This document shows, in pieces, positions 38,574 to 50,336 of a stretch of DNA of 64,000 nt. Origin of the DNA: Vitrella brassicaformis CCMP3155 (taxonomy: Eukaryota > Protista > Chromerida). A program made the translations under genes and the position numbers. Within the stretch, counting starts at the first letter, position 1; every line of letters begins with the position of its first letter. The notes under the pieces were generated by a model. The model worked only from the letters and a program-made list of their open reading frames with translations. It did no database searches and was not told the origin of the DNA. Where the stretch lies: positions 310,001 to 374,000 of the forward strand of contig CDMY01000275.1 in assembly GCA_001179505.1 (NCBI GenBank). The letters run 5' to 3'.

Positions 38574-38750
38574 GTCAGTGTATGTGTCGGTCAACTGGCG
38601 AAGCCAGACAGCTAGGTTGTGTGGCTGGCTGAGGCTTGCTTGTGCTATCTTAGGACGACTCTGATGGATGAATGGATGCGTTGTGCATTTCAAACAGACG
38701 CATCCATGGCATATATGGGTTCCTTATTCATTCGTCTCTACTTCATTGAC

Positions 38751-39782
38751 ATGAAGCGGTTTCAAATTTACATGATTTCGCGCCCATTTCGCGTGGTATG
38801 CAGCCTGTTGGATGGGTCTTCAGCGGCACAGGGGACATACAGCGGCCCTCGACCATCCCAGTCAGAGAGCAACAACACCCCTTGCCCTACGAACGCACCT
38901 GCATCCAGCTCGATGAAGGCCTCCTCTGTGAGTATCCTCACTGCGATAGCAGTGGGGCCGGCCGGCGGTCGTTGCAGAAGCCTCGCGCAACTCCCTCTGG
39001 CCAATCGCACCACCTAACACAGCAGCTGCGGCCAGCCTCTGCAACGAGCATCGTGGAAGGTTCAAAAGTTGGCAGTGAGGGTGAGGGGGCCTCAGCAGGT
39101 CCACCATCCTCAATGCGGCAGTGCCGTGTGCGTGCCCCTGTGAGCGGTGATGGCCGGTGGGAGTATGGGGGGAGGCTGCAGGACGTGCTTGAGGCGGCGA
39201 CGCAGCACCACTGGACGGCCGAGTGTCTGTGGAGGGAGGCGGTGGTGTTTGTTACGGCATACAAGCTGCAGGAGGGCGACAAGGTACCATTCATCGAAGA
39301 GATGCTGCCTGAGCGGTACTTCCAGTCGCCATTCTATCAGCAGGTCTGTACATATACATTCGGAGTAGACAGAAATGACTTGACAAAAGGAACCCTCCTT
39401 TGTATGTGCGTCTTTGTCTTGCTTTGTGCAGTGTTACCTGGTCTACACGGCCCTTCGTGACTTCCAGGCCCAGCTGTATCGCCCTCACTCATGCCCCAGC
39501 ACATCCACCACAGTTTCACACAATACGGCAGACAGCTCCGACTCTGCCGCTGAGCCCGCGAGCACTGGCACAGACACGCCAGCAGCCACACCACACCAGC
39601 ATGATGATGGAGGGGGTGCCTCTGCCCCCTCGTCTCTGTCTGAGTGGGTGGTGGCGTTCGACAAGCGGTATGGGCAGGCGTATGTGTTCAACACGCACAC
39701 GGGGCAGAGCCAGTGGACGACACAGGGGCCCCTACTTGACCTCACAGACGGGATAAATCTCGAGGGTGGTCTCGATACATGA
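38751..39782 (+). CDS. WW-domain protein with an unrecognised upstream globular segment; start uncertain (38751 or 38772)
   Basis: In-frame exons joined at 38929/39023 and 39343/39431. C-terminal EWVVAFDKRYGQAYVFNTHTGQSQW fits a WW domain. Stop TGA at 39780-39782. Confidence 0.65.
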
Positions 39783-39820
39783 CATGATCGGTGTGTGTGT
39801 GTGAGGGGGGGGGGGGGGGG

Positions 39821-40120
39821 NNNNNNNNNNNNNNNNNNNNNNNNNNNNNNNNNNNNNNNNNNNNNNNNNNNNNNNNNNNNNNNNNNNNNNNNNNNNNNNN
39901 NNNNNNNNNNNNNNNNNNNNNNNNNNNNNNNNNNNNNNNNNNNNNNNNNNNNNNNNNNNNNNNNNNNNNNNNNNNNNNNNNNNNNNNNNNNNNNNNNNNN
40001 NNNNNNNNNNNNNNNNNNNNNNNNNNNNNNNNNNNNNNNNNNNNNNNNNNNNNNNNNNNNNNNNNNNNNNNNNNNNNNNNNNNNNNNNNNNNNNNNNNNN
40101 NNNNNNNNNNNNNNNNNNNN
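39821..40120. other. Assembly gap (300 N) flanked by G-runs
   Basis: N run 39821-40120, with 16 G immediately to the left and a G-rich tract to the right. It lies between two convergent 3' ends. Confidence 1.
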
Positions 40121-40576
40121 GGGGGGATTGGAGGGGGAGGGGAGTGGGAGACCATGTGCTGTTGCCTGCCTGCCTGCACGAATGGACGTTTGTGTTATCG
40201 CAATTCAATTGCACACGTGACTTAACCGCCATGGGGTCCACTTTGTTGGTCTGCCTGCAAGGCTGGAGCCGTGGACGAACCCACACTGGCAAGGGTCAAA
40301 CGGACACCGGCGTGAGTGCGAGCACGGCACCCACTTGATGCAGTGCAGGAATCCACCCATCACTGTAGCATGTATATCTGGGGTCTCACTTTGTCGCAAA
40401 TCGCAAATCAGTCAGTCCCTTTGGGCTCTCACTCTCATCAAAAACGCATCACACCACACCACACCACACGACACCAACAACAAAAGCTCCCTAGATGGAG
40501 TCAGCCTTACACTCACACACATACATAGTCACCCGTCGGCGACAATTCAACAAGACACCCACTCGTCCACACGTCT

Positions 40577-43342
40577 TCAATGGGCTATCCACAGCTTCAC
40601 CAGCAGAACTCCAACAATGGCACCGCAAAAACTGGATGCCTGAATGACCACCCCACCAATTGTTCCCAGGTCACGAGGCGTCACCTTCCGATGATGACGT
40701 GCTGGCGCCTCCCGCCGCATGACGGCTGCAGTGGTGGTGGTGGTGGTAGTGGTGGATGTCGCCACAGGCTCTTCCACAGCAGCAGGAAGAGTCTCACCCT
40801 TGTCAGCCGTCCCCCCCTCCCCATCTTTGCCGTCCACCTGTCCCCGGAAGCGCATTGTCGACCCATCCTGGCGAAACGTGCCGTACCGGTCATTCGCTGC
40901 AGTGCTGTCCTTGTCAGCTGCAGACGGCCGGTCCTGTTGGGTGGCGGGGGCGGCATCGGCGTCTTGCTGGCTGTCAAGCGAGGCCTGTAGGTGCCGCCAC
41001 ACGTGTGTCTTGAGGAAGGAAGCCAGGCACTTGAGGGCGACTTGAGCCGACATCATCACCCACGCCCCGTTGACCACAAGGCCGAACAGGGGTTTGGGGT
41101 AGACCAGGCTGCTCGATAGGGCATAGCAGGCCACCAGCACGTACACACACCAGACGAGAGGGAAGAGCATGCCTCCTTGAGCAGAAGTGGCGCACTCGCC
41201 CGTCGCCTCGCAGTCGGCAGCCGTTAGCGGCTCCCCCTCCAGCCGCCGTGCAGATGCGCTGGCGCGCCCCCCGCCCCTCAGGCGAGCCACAATGGAGGCA
41301 ATCCACCATCTGCTGCCCACACTGGTGTCGGTGGATGGTGTGACGGCTGTGGTCGACAGAGACTGAGAAGAGGGCGGCGCGGCGTCTTCGTCAGCAAGTT
41401 GCTGCTTGACAGGCTGTGTGGGGGGCCTTCCGACGGTGGTGCATCGATTGAGGAGGGCTGAGAGGGGCGAGAGGAAGATCGACACGATGCCTGCGTAGTA
41501 GAGGGCCGTGTTGCCGTTGTTGTAAGCCGCAAAGGCAAACGAACTCAGAGCGGGAAACACCCTGAGAGAGAGGAGAAGAAAAGATACGCACAGGTAGAGA
41601 GAGAGAGAGAGAGAGAGAGAAACATGCATGATTGAAACAAACGCCTGGTTGTCGTCCCTCCCCACTCACTCACCCGTTGCCAAGTGCGTTCAATATGGCC
41701 ATCAAGCCAAACGACGGCCAGAAGCGAAGAATCACCTCAAACGGGAAAGCACCACCACCGCTCGCCACACCACTGTCCCCTTCGCCCCCAGCAGCAGCAC
41801 CGGCAGCGCCAGCAGCCTCACTCTCCTCGTTTGTCGCAGTCACCTCGCCCCTTCCCCCTTGCAACACATCCAGCAGCCGATCGCCCTCTTTCTCCTCCTT
41901 CTGCTGACCCCCGCCATTGGTGGTCACGATGTGAAAGCTGGCCGTCAGCGAGTCGGCGTCCCTCCACACGGGTGTGCTGGAGTCGCTCTCAGCGATGCCC
42001 GATGGGGAGCGGGCAAGTGCTGGTGACGGGTGTATGGCTGCTGTAGTGCCCATCTTGGCTTTGCGCGACCTCAGGATGTAGATGTAGGCGATGAGGGAGA
42101 TGCTCATGACACACGCCAAGGCCACCAGGAAGAGCTCGAAGGACAGGCGCAGGTGCGACTTGTGGGCGGCGGGAGGGCCTGATGTGATTGATGGGTCAAA
42201 ACATGGGGACACGCGGATTCCATGTCAGCGCGCTGATGTACACTACACACGGGCTCACGCCCGCTTCCTTACCTTGTAGAAGGGCGAGTATGCTTGCTGT
42301 CGATCCGCTGGCTGCCTCGCCCGCCGAGAAGGCGATGAGATACGCCGGCAGGTACTGCAGCACAAACGGCCAGTACACTATTGACGTGGCGCAGTCACCA
42401 GCACCTACACACACACACACACATCCATCTGGGTGAGCTCAAGCAGCCAATCCCACGTGCTGTCCCCTGCAGCTCACTCACTCACCGATGAGTAGCACCA
42501 CCAGCAGCAGCACAACACTGACTCGGTTTTCCTTATCATGGCCATGCGGCGCTGACATCTTGACCAGCTGGAGCCTGCTGCTGCTCCCAGGGCCTCCTCC
42601 TATGACGAGTTGCCACTGCCAACCCACACTGCACACAACACAGGGGGGGCGCCACAGATGATGAGCACACACATGGCATGGCATGGCAGCCCAGCCACAA
42701 TGAGAAGAGCATGAGAGCATGTTGGTGACACACACACCTGCCAAAGAGGAGCAGCAAGATGCCCATGACGAGGAGGGAGATGATGATAGTGGACTCAGGC
42801 AGACGACGCAGCCCGCGAAGGGAACGTCGACCCTGATGGATGGATGGACGGACGGAAGACAGAAATTCAACACATTGGTGACACACATTGTGTGTGTTGT
42901 GTTGTGTCGCGTGCCGTGTCCCTCCCTCTTGGCTGACTTGCTCGAAAAGGATCATCAGTGGCAGGAAGTTGCCGATTTGTATTGCAAGTGTCATCCATGT
43001 GGTGATGGTAAGGCCTTCCGGCAGCGTCTTGATCAGCAGCGCAACTTGCGTCCACAAACCACTGCAGGCCAACTCATGTGAGTGAGGCGGCATGGTCCCC
43101 GGTGTGTGCCTTGGTGTGTGCATGTCTGTGTGTGCGTGCGTGTGTGTGTGTGTGTTGTACTTGATAGACACCCACGAGGAGATGCCGAAGAGGAAGAAAG
43201 CCACGGAAACAGAGGGGAAGACTCGTGGGAGCGCTAGGGAAGGCAAGGCATCTGCCTGGCCATCGTCTTTCTCTTTTCCCATTTCTGCGTCAGAGTCTTC
43301 AGATCTCACAAGTGGTAGCGCCACCACCTTCTCAGCCTCCAT
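40577..43342 (-). CDS. SLC52 (RFVT)-family riboflavin transporter-like multi-pass membrane protein
   Basis: Spliced FLFGISSWVSINGLWTQVALLIKTLPEGLTITTWMTLAIQIGN, IVYWPFVLQYLPAYLIAFSAGEAASG...LALLQG, NALGNGVFPALSSF and GVVIQASSFCGAI. These parallel SLC52A motifs LFGMGSW..VNGIWVELP...LPEGW, FFLGQGLS..LALVQG, TNGVLPAVQSFS and GVAIQVGSLLGA. Confidence 0.82.
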
Positions 43343-43367
43343 TCCTCATTCCCTAGGCACCTCTTTT

Positions 43368-43377
43368 GCGCGCTTAG
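43368..43377 (+). promoter_or_regulatory. GCGCGCTTAG motif variant
   Basis: In the 149-bp SLC52/PH divergent spacer. Confidence 0.5.
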
Positions 43378-43491
43378 AGCTGCAGAACTTGCGAGCCTGC
43401 GTGAGAACCGTTGCCGAGGAGGAGTGTGCAGGAGTGTGCGCAGTCGTCGGGGCGGAGGTGCGCGTGTTTCCCCGTGTGCGATCTGTGCGAT

Positions 43492-45681
43492 ATGGGCGTC
43501 AGCGGTTCGAGTTACTGCCGGCCATCGGTGACAGTGACTGATGAGGAGTGGGTGCCGGAGTGGGCGGTGTCGCCCAAAACCACGGCGTCCTTCATGGACA
43601 GCTGCGCTGTCTTCACACTCGAGCGCGACGCGCACTTCGGCATCATCTACAAGGAGGGGCGGGTGCTGAAGCGCGGCGACAGCTGGCCATGTGAGTCAGT
43701 CAGTGAGGACAGGACGGGAGGGAGGGAGAGTCACAGACACACAGACAGACGGCCACAGAGGGGCACATTACTCGCGGCATCTTGCATGCCGAGACACAGC
43801 CGGTGTGTGGAATTGTGTTGTGTGTGGTTGCGGTGTTGTTGTATGTGTGTGTGTCACTCAGATTTCTGGGCGATGCGGAAGCTGTACTTGTACAATACGA
43901 CACTGGTGTACAGCGACCCATTGGCCGGGAGCGGCCCCGACTCGCCCCGGGGCGTCAAGTGGATCACGCCCAAGACCGTCATCTGGAAACCTGACAACTT
44001 CCTCGGTAGATAACCGACACACACCGCACACACACGCAGATGATCGGGCGTTTCACCCCTGTTTGTTCGCGCACTGGGCCTGCCTCCGTCAGGCTATCCG
44101 CGCTGCCTTCTCGTCTTCGAGCCACCTGAGGGTACGACACAGACACATACATACCCTTACTTGTTGCCGTCGTGCACACACACCACACCTCGTTGTCCTG
44201 TCCGCCTCTTTGTGTGCGCCCCGCCCGACAGGTGTGTCCCGTTACACGTCCAGCGACGCGGATTTGCTCAAGGCGTTTGCGCGTGCCGAGTTCCCCAAGT
44301 TCGCGCTGCACATGCCGAGCGACTGCGCGCTGGACAAGTGGGACGAGGCGCTCAAGGAGGCCATCAAACTCGCTAAGAGACTCAAAGATGGAGACGGTAC
44401 GTTACGTGGGGGGTGATGACAGACAGACCACATACAACAGATGGAGAGATGGAGGAAAGGCGTGTCTGATGCTCTGTTGCTTTCGTGTTGATGATACTGC
44501 CTGCCTGCAGTGATGGACGCCATCCGTCACCGCAAGTCACTCAACGTCGCCACCACCTCACTTCGAGGTACACAACACACGGCAGCCAGATCCACACACA
44601 CGACGCAGGGAGGGACGCACCATAACACACATGACGGTGTTTCCATGCCTGCCCTCCCTCCTTGCATGTGTGTGGATCAGTTGCGAATCGCGAGATCGCG
44701 CGTTTGAAGGACGAGATGGTGCAGCACCACTTCGCCCCCCGCACGTCCCCCCTGCCCACCTTCCCCTCCACCCGCGACGACCTCTCCCTCACCCCCCGCA
44801 ACCCCCTCTCCGTCTTCAACCCCGAGCCCCTCCCCTCCCTCCACTACCTCATGTCAGAGTCCGAAAGCGACTTCATGATGCAATCGGGCGCCAACACGCC
44901 CTCAGGCTGGTCCTGGAGCGGGGCCGGCACCCCCCACCCCAACCGCATGACCGACATGAGCAGAGTGGGCATGGGCATGGGCACGGGGGGCTTCGGCATG
45001 CGGCCGGCGCCCATCGACATGGGCCCGCTCGAGCAGATCCGGCGGCTGGTCAAGGACATCAACGACGAGAAGGCCGTGGGCAAGAGCGACCACATCGGCC
45101 ACGACTACGACGAGCCGCTGTCTGCGGTGCGGACTGGCATCGACTTTCCCCTGTCGACCTGCGCCGACGACCCCAAGCACCCCACCAGCGTCCTGTCGTA
45201 TGGCGACAGCGACGTGTCGTCGGCGTACCAGGACCTCACGGATGGGCGCGACGACATGCTGGACGACTGGAAGATGGTGCACGACAAGCACTATGAGGGC
45301 GGGGACGAGGCGGGCAAGACCGACAGGGAGGAGCTGACGCCCACCGACTCGCTCGACTCGCTCAACGACCCGGAGGAGTCCATCATCAGCTCAGGAAGAC
45401 GAATGGAAGGTGAGTTGGACGAGAAGCCACTACACTACAACGCAACGGCAAAAGAGATAGATGCCCTCCCTCATCACGTCATGTGTGGTGATTTGTCTGT
45501 GTGTGTGTGTGTGTCAGCGTCGCCGGCCACAGCGCTGTTTTCGTTTGCGCGTCGTCTGGCGGTGAAGCCGAACAGCCGGTCGCCGATCAACGTGCGGTCC
45601 AAGGTGCCCAGGTCACTCAGCCTCCCATCGCCCACCGTACAGTGTGTTAATCCCCACACACAGAAATACGACGGGAGATAA
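43492..45681 (+). CDS. PH-domain protein with N-terminal myristoylation/palmitoylation-like motif and a long low-complexity tail; 3' end uncertain (45681, or 45835 if one more intron)
   Basis: Starts MGVSGSSYC. Spliced EGRVLKRGDSWPYFWAMRKLYLYNTTLVYSD...PRGVKWI...FALHMPSDCALDKWDEALKEAI follows PH strand and terminal-helix patterns. Seven in-frame GT-AG exons. Confidence 0.7.
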
Positions 45682-46714
45682 GGAAGGGTGGGGCGAGGGG
45701 AGGGGGAGGGGGATTGGCTGTCTGCCTGGTGGCCCTGTGGCGTGTCTGTCCGTCCTGAGTGTAATTGAGCGTTTTTGTCTGCTGTGTAGTGTGTGTGACG
45801 GAATGCATGAGCGCTCGAATTTTGCTGCTGCTTGAGAGAGAGACCTGCCCCGCCCCGCCCCGCCCCGCCCCGTCCGTGTGGAGGTGAATGTGTGCTGTGT
45901 GCTCTCACAGACAGGCACCGGGCAGGGCCAGGGGGGGGGGTGGGACAGGCAGACAGACAGACCGACAGGCAGGCAGGCAGCCAGGCGGGGCGTGGGTCAG
46001 TGCGGTCGGCTGGCCCCCGCGTGTTACTCAATCATTTTTAGCTTTCTGGCTGCATGTCGGCTGCACGGTGTGTGTGTGTGTGTGTGTGACGGTGTTTCTA
46101 TGGCTGTCTGACTAACGCATTTATGTGCGTACCGATCACACCCCAAGTCACATACATACACATCACTTCCACGCTCACTGACTCACTCACAAGTGCTTTG
46201 CTGTCCGTATCGTGTTTGTTAGGTGGTGGTGCTGCTGCGGCTGTGTGACCACAGGCAGGCAGACAGGCGGAGAGGTGCTCAGCTCGTTTTTCATGGCTCG
46301 TTCTTTGAGGGCGCGTGGGTGGTTCCCTTGTTCTGTCACGGGCTGCTTTTGTTTTGTCTCTGCTTCTTGATCCTGTGCGTCGGCAGCCCGGCAGACAGGA
46401 TTAGGTAGCGGAGGCGAGGCAGAAGCAGTCTGTGAGATGAGAGGGGCACATCACCCTTGGACGGCGTGAGCTGGTCTGTCGGATCAGTGTCTGTCGTGTG
46501 AGAGGTCTCGCACCTTGCAAGACTCCCTACCACAGGCAGCCGTTCCTGTCCGTGCAGTGCAGATGGTGGGGGCAGGGCGGCTGCCTGTGGTGGGGGTCGG
46601 GTCGGGAAGGAATGCTGGCAGGCCGCCATGAGGGGGGAGGGGGAAGGGTCGACAGTACACCTGACTGCCGAGATCTGGGCAAAAGTGGCCCGAGGTCTCT
46701 CCTCTCGCTTGCTT

Positions 46715-47240
46715 TCTGTCTCTCTCTCTCTCTCTCTCTTTCTCTCTTTCTCACTCCCATACCTGTCTGTGGTCGTTGGATGGGTGCGTGGCGTGCGCTA
46801 TGGTGGTGTGGTGTGTTCCCTTTATCCAAACGGGTGTGCACCAAGAAAGAAAGAAAGAAAGAAAGTGCTTTACGTCGTGTAAAGAGTGCATGCGACGCGC
46901 ACCGCTCGCCCTCTGTCTGCCCACTCTACTTTGGCGGTTGCATGACATGAATGCGTGTCTGTCTGAATGTGTGAGTGATGGATGGATGAGTGTGGGAGCG
47001 CGCGACTGAATTCGCCCCAGGGGACAGGTGGATGGATGGATGGATGAGTGACAACACGGTCACTGGCTAAGAGTGCAGCGAATGAGCGTGACGGTCACTG
47101 GTTGGTTGGTTCGTTGGTTGGTTGGTCGGCCGATGGATGGATGGATGCTTTAAGACAATTGGTGGGTGGCTGGTTGGCCGGTGCGTTGGATGGATGGATG
47201 GATGGACGGATGGCTGGGTGGCTGGCTGGCTGGCTGGCTG
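46715..47240. repeat. Cluster of mixed microsatellites (CT)n, (AAGA)n, (GGAT)n, (GGTT)n, (GGCT)n
   Basis: Read directly at 46715-46750, 46843-46864 and 47030-47240, in the longest intergenic stretch. Confidence 0.9.
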
Positions 47241-47368
47241 GGTGCACATGCAGGGTCTGTCTCTGAAGGTGTGGTACTGCGTTGCGTTCGCCAAGCCAAA
47301 CAGCCAGAGCCGGACAGCTCTGGCTGTTTGGGTTGGCGACGTGAGTGAGTGAGGGCCACGGCGGCACT

Positions 47369-47408
47369 CACGTGTACGTGTAGTCTCGGCGCGGGGCTGT
47401 ATATAAAG
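47369..47408 (+). promoter_or_regulatory. Candidate Pol II promoter: CACGTG and TACGTG followed by TATATAAAG
   Basis: CACGTG 47369-47374, TACGTG 47375-47380, TATATAAAG 47400-47408, then a strong donor GTGAGT at 47485. No associated CDS found. Confidence 0.35.
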
Positions 47409-48554
47409 CTGAATGAAGCACAGAGCTAGCTAGATGAACAGGGCAAGCCACAGATCTAGATAGAGGGGTGACCGGCCGGCCGATGTGAGTGCAGGAGATC
47501 TGCTTGGCCTCAACACACACATACACATCCATACTTTCTTCCGTGGTTCCCTCCCTCTGCCTGTCCGTCCCTGACATTGCCTTGCCTTGCCTTGCTGTGC
47601 GGCTCACTGACCTCTGTCCCTTCCTCTTGTGTGCCCTGCCTGTGGTGCGGTGCGTGTTCTGTCTTGGTGCTGTCTGTCTGCCTGTCGACTGCCTTGTTGG
47701 CTCACTGGGTCGGCTGGCCCCTACTCGCTCCACGCAGCCGACTTTTTCTATCTACACACACCGTCACACTTGGACCGACCATCCTTGCATCTGTAGCTGC
47801 ACCCCCTGACAGCCTTAGTCATTGTTGTCATGATCAGGCGCTGCGGATGGCAGGAGCGTTCATGTGACAATGCGCGCATCGGCCTCACACAGCCCTTGGT
47901 GATGTCTACAATGACAGGGTGCCGTTGAGGCAGCAGGGCTGGCATCTATCTATTCAGTGTATACTCACTCGTGTAGGTTCTACAACGGCCCGGGTGGGTG
48001 GGGTGGTGGGTGAGCATCACGCCCCCCTCCGATGCGACTGACTGAAGTCCTTACACTGACTGACAAACGGGCAGACGGGCGGTGCTAAATGAAGGTTTTG
48101 TAATTCCTCCCTCCCTCCCTCCGTCGTGGTGACCCTTCCTCCCCACCCACCTCTTAACCTTCCTTTATTCGTCCTTTCTTGCGTCCCTCCCTCCCTCCCG
48201 CCCTCCTTGCGTACCCATCCTCCCTCTAAGCGGGGCTGCCTGTGTGGAGGTGTGTATATGTGTTAACCTATCTAGTCCGATTTGACACCGATGGATGGAT
48301 GGATGGATAGATGCATGGACCCATGCGTGGCTCTCTCTCTCTGTGTGAGTGTATGTGTGTGTGTGGGCGCTTGAAACGCGAGCCCGATAGAGACAGATCC
48401 GATCGATGGACCCACGTTGCATCATTTGCCAGCAGCGAATGAACCAATGCATTGTGTCCACACACCATACACACACACACCGAATCGACAATCGTCTCCA
48501 TCGACAAGACACACTCACTGTACATTTCCGTCCGTCCCAGCACAGCACCCCTGG

Positions 48555-50336
48555 CTAGCCCAGTATGCGCTTGACGCTTTCATTTGCCCAGAAGAAGATC
48601 AGGCCCGCTGCGGACACCAACATGACACGTGCTGCCGCCCCCCGAAAAAACCCCGCAGCACCCTCCTCCCTGTACAGCTTCACGATGCTCGAACCCACCG
48701 TCATTTTGCCATACTCCGAGTCAACCATCTGCAGTGTCTTGACCGTGTCCAGCGGGTGTGTGAGGACCGACGCCAGACCTGCGGCGGTGAAGCCGATGAG
48801 AGCCGTTTGCCACAGGGGGAGGATGTCGTTGTCGAGGCCCTCGAGCACAGCCAGGTCCTGACGGAATCGCTCGTAGAAGGACACCTGCAGGGGACGCATG
48901 ACAGTGGGCATCGACAAATCGACCCGTACACCTAAATTACGCAGGTGTGCTGACTGACTGACTGACTGACCTGTAAGGCGTTGAAGGGCAATTCGCGCAA
49001 CAGCTGGGCCTGGTAGCCCGAGAAGAGAGTCATCACACGACCCTGAAAGAGGGCGAGAAACAGCGCGGCTTCACACATTAGTCCCGCGCTGTTTGTCCGA
49101 GCTCACCTGTTGGATGAGTGCCCGTGCGGCCTCGATGCTGTTGGCCCCTCCCTGCCCCACTTGCAGCCTCTGCTTCACCACCTCGGCAGGCGTCTTGACC
49201 AGCACTGACGGGAGCGACGCCAGCGCACTTGCGAGGAAGTATACAGCGGTGGTGCTGGGCACCCCCTTGGCCAGCAATGGCTGCAGCAGGTCGAATGCGC
49301 CGAAGAACACAGCTGACGCGGGAGTCGCCACCAAGATTGCGGGCAGCAGACCATCGAAAAGCCGGAGAGAGCGGAGCCGGTCAATGGCACTCTCTGCGTG
49401 GGCATCAGCAGCAGCGTGCCTGTTGCTGACGGTGGCGTGTTTCCGCAGCCCATCGTCTGTCGCTTCATATGGGTCTTCAGCTTCGCGAAGCCCAGGCCGA
49501 CGGACGATGCGCTGCGGCGCCAATTCTCGATCCCCTCCTCTCCTCCCGACAGACGACGACTCCGCCCGCTGGCCGACAGGGGTTCTCTCGGCCTTTGCAC
49601 CGCCCCACTTGGTGCCCGACAGGACAGGTGTCGTTCCAAAGGCGCTGGCTGCGCTCTCGCTACCGTTGATAAGTGGGGGACCGGAGGGCTCCTGCTCGTC
49701 GGCAGTGGAGGTGCGGCTGCGCCGCTTGACCTGCTGCCGTGTCTTGATGGTGTCTATCATGATAGAGCAACACAAGCAGCCACGTGGGTGACGTCGGTGT
49801 ATCTATCTGCCGTGTGCAACTTCCATGCATTCCTCACCGAGAGGATAAGTCACAGCTCTGACGACAGCCCTCAGTCCGCCAGCCGAACCGCCCGCCACCA
49901 GGCTCTTGATGGTGCTCGACGATGACCCTTGGACCAACACATTCGCAGCACCAGTGGCATCGGATGCCACGCTTGTCTGCATACTGCTCACGCCAGCGTC
50001 TCCGCCAATACTGCTCTCGCCCTCCGCCGCCTGCTGCTGGTAGTGATAGATGCAGGTGCAGTCTGCCGACGCCGCCGCAGGACGCGCCAGCCACCCCAGC
50101 AATACGGCGATGAGCAGACCAAGGGACGGCAGCAGATGCTCAATCTGCAGCAAAGATGCGGACTGCCGGCTGTCCAGTGGCGGCGGGGAGGATGGTGCAG
50201 GCTTCCACCTTGGCTGCAGGTGAAGCGAAGAGTCTTGTGGAAGTCGCTGCGTGATCTTTGGGCTCCTTGGCGCTGCATTCTTGATGACTGCCTGATTGAA
50301 GGCCGCTGGAGGCCTCCGTGTCCTCTTCTGCTCCAT
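48555..50336 (-). CDS. SLC25 mitochondrial-carrier family protein, S-adenosylmethionine carrier-like, with long N-terminal extension; 4 exons; N-terminus provisional
   Basis: Three carrier signatures PLDTIKTRQQ, PAEVVKQRLQ and PLDTVKTLQM. RELPFNALQ resembles SAMC REIPFS..Q. Also FFRGAAARV. Confidence 0.8.

Noticed and set aside
38768-39013. Protein-looking 81-aa minus-strand ORF
   Set aside because: It is antisense to an in-frame exon and intron of the WW gene, with no splice support of its own.
46190-46375. Possible minus-strand exon (DQEAETKQKQPV...) with a GTGAGT donor
   Set aside because: It could not be linked to a start or to further exons.
47890-47941. 7-bp terminal stem enclosing GTGATGT and TTGA (C/D snoRNA-like)
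   Set aside because: Both boxes are imperfect, the element is too short, and the D-like box is not next to the stem.
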